Source of the DNA: Candidatus Gottesmanbacteria bacterium
GTDB lineage: Bacteria > Patescibacteriota > Microgenomatia > UBA10105 > UBA927
Length of the DNA stretch: 64,000 bases
Direction: 5' to 3'
Assembly (NCBI GenBank): GCA_963809665.1
Contig: CAWEKC010000001.1
Span: 158,219-222,218, forward strand
Each line of letters starts with the position of its first letter. Position 1 is the first letter of the stretch. The position numbers were made by a program, and so were the translations under genes. Of the stretch, positions 60,366 through 64,000 are shown in pieces. The notes beneath the pieces were generated by a model that saw only the letters and a list, made by a program, of their open reading frames with translations, was not told the origin of the DNA and made no database searches.

Positions 60366-62018
60366 TTACGACAACTTGTCCTGTATCCCTCCGTTTATCA
60401 CCTCATTAACCGGCTCAAGAAGCACTGCCTTCGGTCTGCGGACACGACGAATAAGTTCGATGAATGATTTTAATTCGCTGACATCAAACACCCATACTAG
60501 CAGTAGATAGGTCGCAAGACCCGCTCCTCCGGTAATTCCGGTAAGAAGAAGGAGTCCTACAGTCCGCGTGGTATCAAATACTAACTGATCAAATAATTTC
60601 AACGGAAAATATATAACCACGCCTGCTACCACTGCGGCGATAAGCATTTTTATTGCAGGAAGGAATAATTCCATTTTAGAAAACCCGCCGACTCTTTTAT
60701 CCAGTACAATATACAAAACCAGCGCATTTAAAATACTTGCAATCGACGTCGACAATCCCAGAGACCATACGGGCAATCCTATTATTTTTATAAAATAGAG
60801 ACTCAGGAACGTGTTTGTCAGAATTGAAATTATACTGACCGCCACAGGTGTTTTAGTATCATATAATGCATAAAATCCGCGAGCCAGAACATTCACTATC
60901 GATTGGGCAAAAATGGATATAGCAAACATGGATAATGTCATACCGGTTAACACCGTTGCCTCCCAATCAAACCGGGACGCACCGAATACCAGCCGGACGA
61001 CTGGAATGCGCAGTACTATAAATAAAGCCGATACGGGCAGCACGAAAAACAAAATCTGATGAATTGCAGACATCACGGATTTTTTGAACTCTCCCCTGTC
61101 TTCTTTGGCAGACGCGGCTGATAACGTGGGCAGTGCCGCCTGGGCTACACTCACACCAAACAGTCCGACAGGTAGTTGCTGTAACTGCTGGGCAAAATTA
61201 AAAACCGTGATCATCCGTGCACCCAGCAGTGATGCAAGCATGAGATCAACGGTACTGTCTATCTGTGAGACTGCAAGCCCCAGCGTCCGCGGACCGATAA
61301 GCTTCAGTACTTCTCGTACGCCTTTATTTTTATAATCAAACGCCAACCGGTGACGGTATCCTACCAAAATAACGAGCGGGACCTGAATAAGCATAAATAA
61401 TCCGGCCCCGATTCCCACCCCATACACCGGAGCCATCAACCCGACCGTCGGCGTCAGGGTGACAATCCCGATAATAATTCCGATATTGTAAACAACCGGC
61501 GCGATTGCGGGAACCAAAAACATGTTGTACGACTGTAAAATTCCGGTAAAAAAATTACCGATGAGCAGTGGCAACACCTGAAACATAATCATGAAACGCG
61601 TATACTCTGCCATACGCGCAACCTGTTCGGGAGAAAAACCGGGAGCTAGAAAGTGGGAAAGCTGATTAGTAAAAAGCAGGAGCGGAATAGCCAGTAAACA
61701 CAGGATAACCGTACTCATGTTGATAAGCGTTGCAGCGATCTCAAATCCTTCTTTTTCGTTACGTTCAGTAAGATACCTCGTAAATACGGGAATAAATGCG
61801 CTGGTGAGGGCACCCATAACCAATAACTCGAAAATGAGATTCGGGAGGCGGAATGCGGCAAAATACACGCCGAGCTCATCGGGCGCAAACCGGGCGTTCA
61901 AAAGCCGGTCCCGCACCAAACCGAGTACACGGGACGTAAACACCATTGAAATCAATATAAAAGCAGCCGATCCGATCGTCTGCTGTTTTTTGGAAAACAA
62001 CCCCCAGAAACGCTTCAT
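60366..62018 (-). CDS. murJ: Lipid II flippase MurJ
   Basis: SRVLGLVRD, AAFRLPN, GALTSAFIPVF, RGFYALYDTKTP. Confidence 0.95.
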   Translation of the reverse strand: MKRFWGLFSKKQQTIGSAAFILISMVFTSRVLGLVRDRLLNARFAPDELGVYFAAFRLPNLIFELLVMGALTSAFIPVFTRYLTERNEKEGFEIAATLINMSTVILCLLAIPLLLFTNQLSHFLAPGFSPEQVARMAEYTRFMIMFQVLPLLIGNFFTGILQSYNMFLVPAIAPVVYNIGIIIGIVTLTPTVGLMAPVYGVGIGAGLFMLIQVPLVILVGYRHRLAFDYKNKGVREVLKLIGPRTLGLAVSQIDSTVDLMLASLLGARMITVFNFAQQLQQLPVGLFGVSVAQAALPTLSAASAKEDRGEFKKSVMSAIHQILFFVLPVSALFIVLRIPVVRLVFGASRFDWEATVLTGMTLSMFAISIFAQSIVNVLARGFYALYDTKTPVAVSIISILTNTFLSLYFIKIIGLPVWSLGLSTSIASILNALVLYIVLDKRVGGFSKMELFLPAIKMLIAAVVAGVVIYFPLKLFDQLVFDTTRTVGLLLLTGITGGAGLATYLLLVWVFDVSELKSFIELIRRVRRPKAVLLEPVNEVINGGIQDKLS

Positions 62019-62089
62019 CCTGCCTATTATATCTATTATCTGCGGATTATGCATTGTGCATTCGGGCTCGTTTTGCTATAATTCTGCCT

Positions 62090-62329
62090 ATGCCGATTAC
62101 AAAACAAGCAGAAAAAAAATTGCGACACGACCATAAACGGGCCATTGAGATCAAACGTGTCCGATCCGGTCTCCAAAAATTGATTAAATCAATGCGCAAA
62201 CATCCGACACAAAAATCATTAACACAGGTGTTCTCCGCACTTGATAAAGCAGCTAAAACACACGTCATCCACAAGAACAAGGCAGCCAGACTTAAGGCTC
62301 GTCTTGCAAAACTACTTCCAAAGAAGTAA
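62090..62329 (+). CDS. rpsT: 30S ribosomal protein bS20
   Basis: MPITKQAEKK, LDKAAK, IHKNKAAR. Confidence 0.95.
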   Translation: MPITKQAEKKLRHDHKRAIEIKRVRSGLQKLIKSMRKHPTQKSLTQVFSALDKAAKTHVIHKNKAARLKARLAKLLPKK

Positions 62330-62350
62330 CCGGCTTGCTATACTGGTTAC

Positions 62351-62905
62351 ATGACAGTTCCTTTACCTTCCGTTAACTTAATCGGTGAAGAAGAGATGGA
62401 GCATTCACCGGCCGGCAGAATCGTGACATGGGCCGTAACATACGGACGGTATATCATGATCGGTACGGAAATTATCGTACTGTTGGCATTTATATCCCGC
62501 TTCAGCCTGGACCGTAAACTTACGGACCTCAATGAAGAGGTGTCGCAAAAACAGGCAATCATTGATGCCAATCATGACTTTGAAACTGAATTCCGGACAC
62601 TTCAGGATAAACTTTCCAAAACGCAGACGCTCCTGAATGCCCCGTCGGTAACTAACAACGCGCTTTCGGTTATAGAGACAATGCTGCCTGTTGACACCCG
62701 TTTGAAAGCACTCACGATCTCACAGACGAGTGTCATCGGAGAAGTTGTAGCCAACACAACAACCGGATTTGCCCAGCTTGTTGCAAACCTCCAAGCGTCA
62801 CCTATCTTCAGTCAGGTGGAAATCGGAGATGTCAACCGGACCCCGACGACCGGCATACAATTTACGTTTACCGGAACCGTTGCAGGGGCCAAGAAAGATA
62901 ATTAA
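62351..62905 (+). CDS. PilN-domain type IV pilus assembly protein
   Basis: VNLI motif, TM, coiled coil, LPVDTRL ferredoxin-like part. Confidence 0.72.
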   Translation: MTVPLPSVNLIGEEEMEHSPAGRIVTWAVTYGRYIMIGTEIIVLLAFISRFSLDRKLTDLNEEVSQKQAIIDANHDFETEFRTLQDKLSKTQTLLNAPSVTNNALSVIETMLPVDTRLKALTISQTSVIGEVVANTTTGFAQLVANLQASPIFSQVEIGDVNRTPTTGIQFTFTGTVAGAKKDN

Positions 62906-62908
62906 CCT

Positions 62909-63580
62909 ATGGCATTCGACTATAAAGAAGAATACAAACGATATAAAAGGTATTACATGTCTCTGGAACCGGCATTCCAGAAACCCGCAACACGGGCTTA
63001 TACTGCAATTATTTTTTCATTCCTCGTTGTCTCTCTTTTCGGATGGTATGCGATCCGTCCGACCATGCAGACTATATTTACATTGAGGCGGGAAATTGTG
63101 GATAAAACCGACCTTAATAAAAAAATGGAGAATAAAATTTCAGCGCTTATTGAAGCACAGGCTGCATTTCAGGACATCGAACCGAAATTGCCTATTATAG
63201 ATCAGGCGCTTCCGCAGATGACAGATTCCATACGTGCAACCCGATATCTTTCGGCGCTCGCATCTGACTCGCGGGTTACGATCAAAGCTATAAATATTTC
63301 ATCCCTACCGCTTGCAGCTGACATGGGACCGGGGAAATCTGCGGCAACATCTTCTGATAAGCTCGCAAATTTCCCGATATCGCTATCAATAACAGGGGCA
63401 TACCAGGACATAAAAAGTTTTACCCAGGGAATATTGAATTTACGCCGGATCATGCAAATAAGTTCTATGATTTTTTCTCCCACATATGCAACAGAGCCTG
63501 CCGCATCGGGCAGCGCAACCACCACTGGTACCGCTGTTAAACTTGATCTAAAATTAAAATTGTTCTATTTATCGCTGTAA
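62909..63580 (+). CDS. PilO-like type IV pilus assembly protein
   Basis: TM, coiled coil, ALP, ITGAYQDIKSF...LRRIM. Confidence 0.78.
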   Translation: MAFDYKEEYKRYKRYYMSLEPAFQKPATRAYTAIIFSFLVVSLFGWYAIRPTMQTIFTLRREIVDKTDLNKKMENKISALIEAQAAFQDIEPKLPIIDQALPQMTDSIRATRYLSALASDSRVTIKAINISSLPLAADMGPGKSAATSSDKLANFPISLSITGAYQDIKSFTQGILNLRRIMQISSMIFSPTYATEPAASGSATTTGTAVKLDLKLKLFYLSL

Positions 63581-63582
63581 CA

Positions 63583-63798
63583 ATGAAAACGCCGTCGCTC
63601 TCACCGGGAAATGATAGGGATCTGCTTCTTATATCCGTATTCACCTTTTTTACCGTTACCCTCTGGGTATTTTTTGAAGTATTAAAAACTGTTAAAACTA
63701 CGACCGTTGCCCCTCAAACAATCCAAAGTGTCATTCCGTTGTCGCCAAAACTCGATTCCCAGGTTATTCAAATAATCGAAACAAAAAAACAGTATTAA
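63583..63798 (+). CDS. Small single-TM protein
   Basis: 71 aa; tightly packed in the operon. Confidence 0.65.
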   Translation: MKTPSLSPGNDRDLLLISVFTFFTVTLWVFFEVLKTVKTTTVAPQTIQSVIPLSPKLDSQVIQIIETKKQY

Positions 63799-63802
63799 TG
63801 GT

Positions 63803-64000
63803 ATGCGGTTCCCGAAAAAAATACCCACGCTTGTCGGAATACTCCTGACTATTTTTATTGTCGGTGGAATTGCAGCCGGATCCGAATCTTTAGTAAACAC
63901 TGTCACAACGGCATCCGGCTCTATTCAACCCGCAAAGGTTGAAATAACAAACATCTCCGATACGACGTTTACTGTGTCGTGGACAACGGAAAACCCTGCA
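63803..64000 (+). CDS. Membrane-anchored FN3-domain protein; partial
   Basis: Manual translation MRFPKKIPTLVGILL...VEITNISDTTFTVSWTTENPA. Confidence 0.75.
   Translation, partial: MRFPKKIPTLVGILLTIFIVGGIAAGSESLVNTVTTASGSIQPAKVEITNISDTTFTVSWTTENPA

Overview
Dense core-genome window from a Patescibacteria (CPR) bacterium, most likely class Microgenomatia. The evidence is inferential: no rpmD between rpsE and rplO, short AlaRS, IF2 and HrcA, and sortase, cohesin, FN3 and PilN/PilO surface genes. TGA is used as stop, so code 11. The minus strand carries the hrcA-grpE-dnaK-dnaJ, nusA-infB, rpsO-pnp-lon-like-rnj-ftsK, alaS-sortase-mltG, rpoBC-rpsLG, fusA-tuf-rpsJ and S10/spc-secY-adk blocks. A ~5.6 kb accessory segment splits rpsG from fusA. 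No rRNA, tRNA, CRISPR array or transposase was seen. Main observations: (1) an 18-bp palindrome (CCTGCCTGCGCAGGCAGG) sits in-frame inside nusA and alaS and in the rpoB leader; (2) rplC, fusA, rpoB, rpsO and nusA share a promoter + short leader + terminator-like hairpin + ATG layout, while many other genes look leaderless; (3) a protease-less, pore-loop-altered Lon AAA+ gene lies between pnp and rnj; (4) fusA and a GH39-like gene each carry a +1 frameshift, possibly assembly errors; (5) the RpoB rifampicin pocket is heavily substituted; (6) IF2 and the adjacent degenerate DHH protein share the motif PDWLKP. All family calls come from motif recognition by eye; no database search was run.
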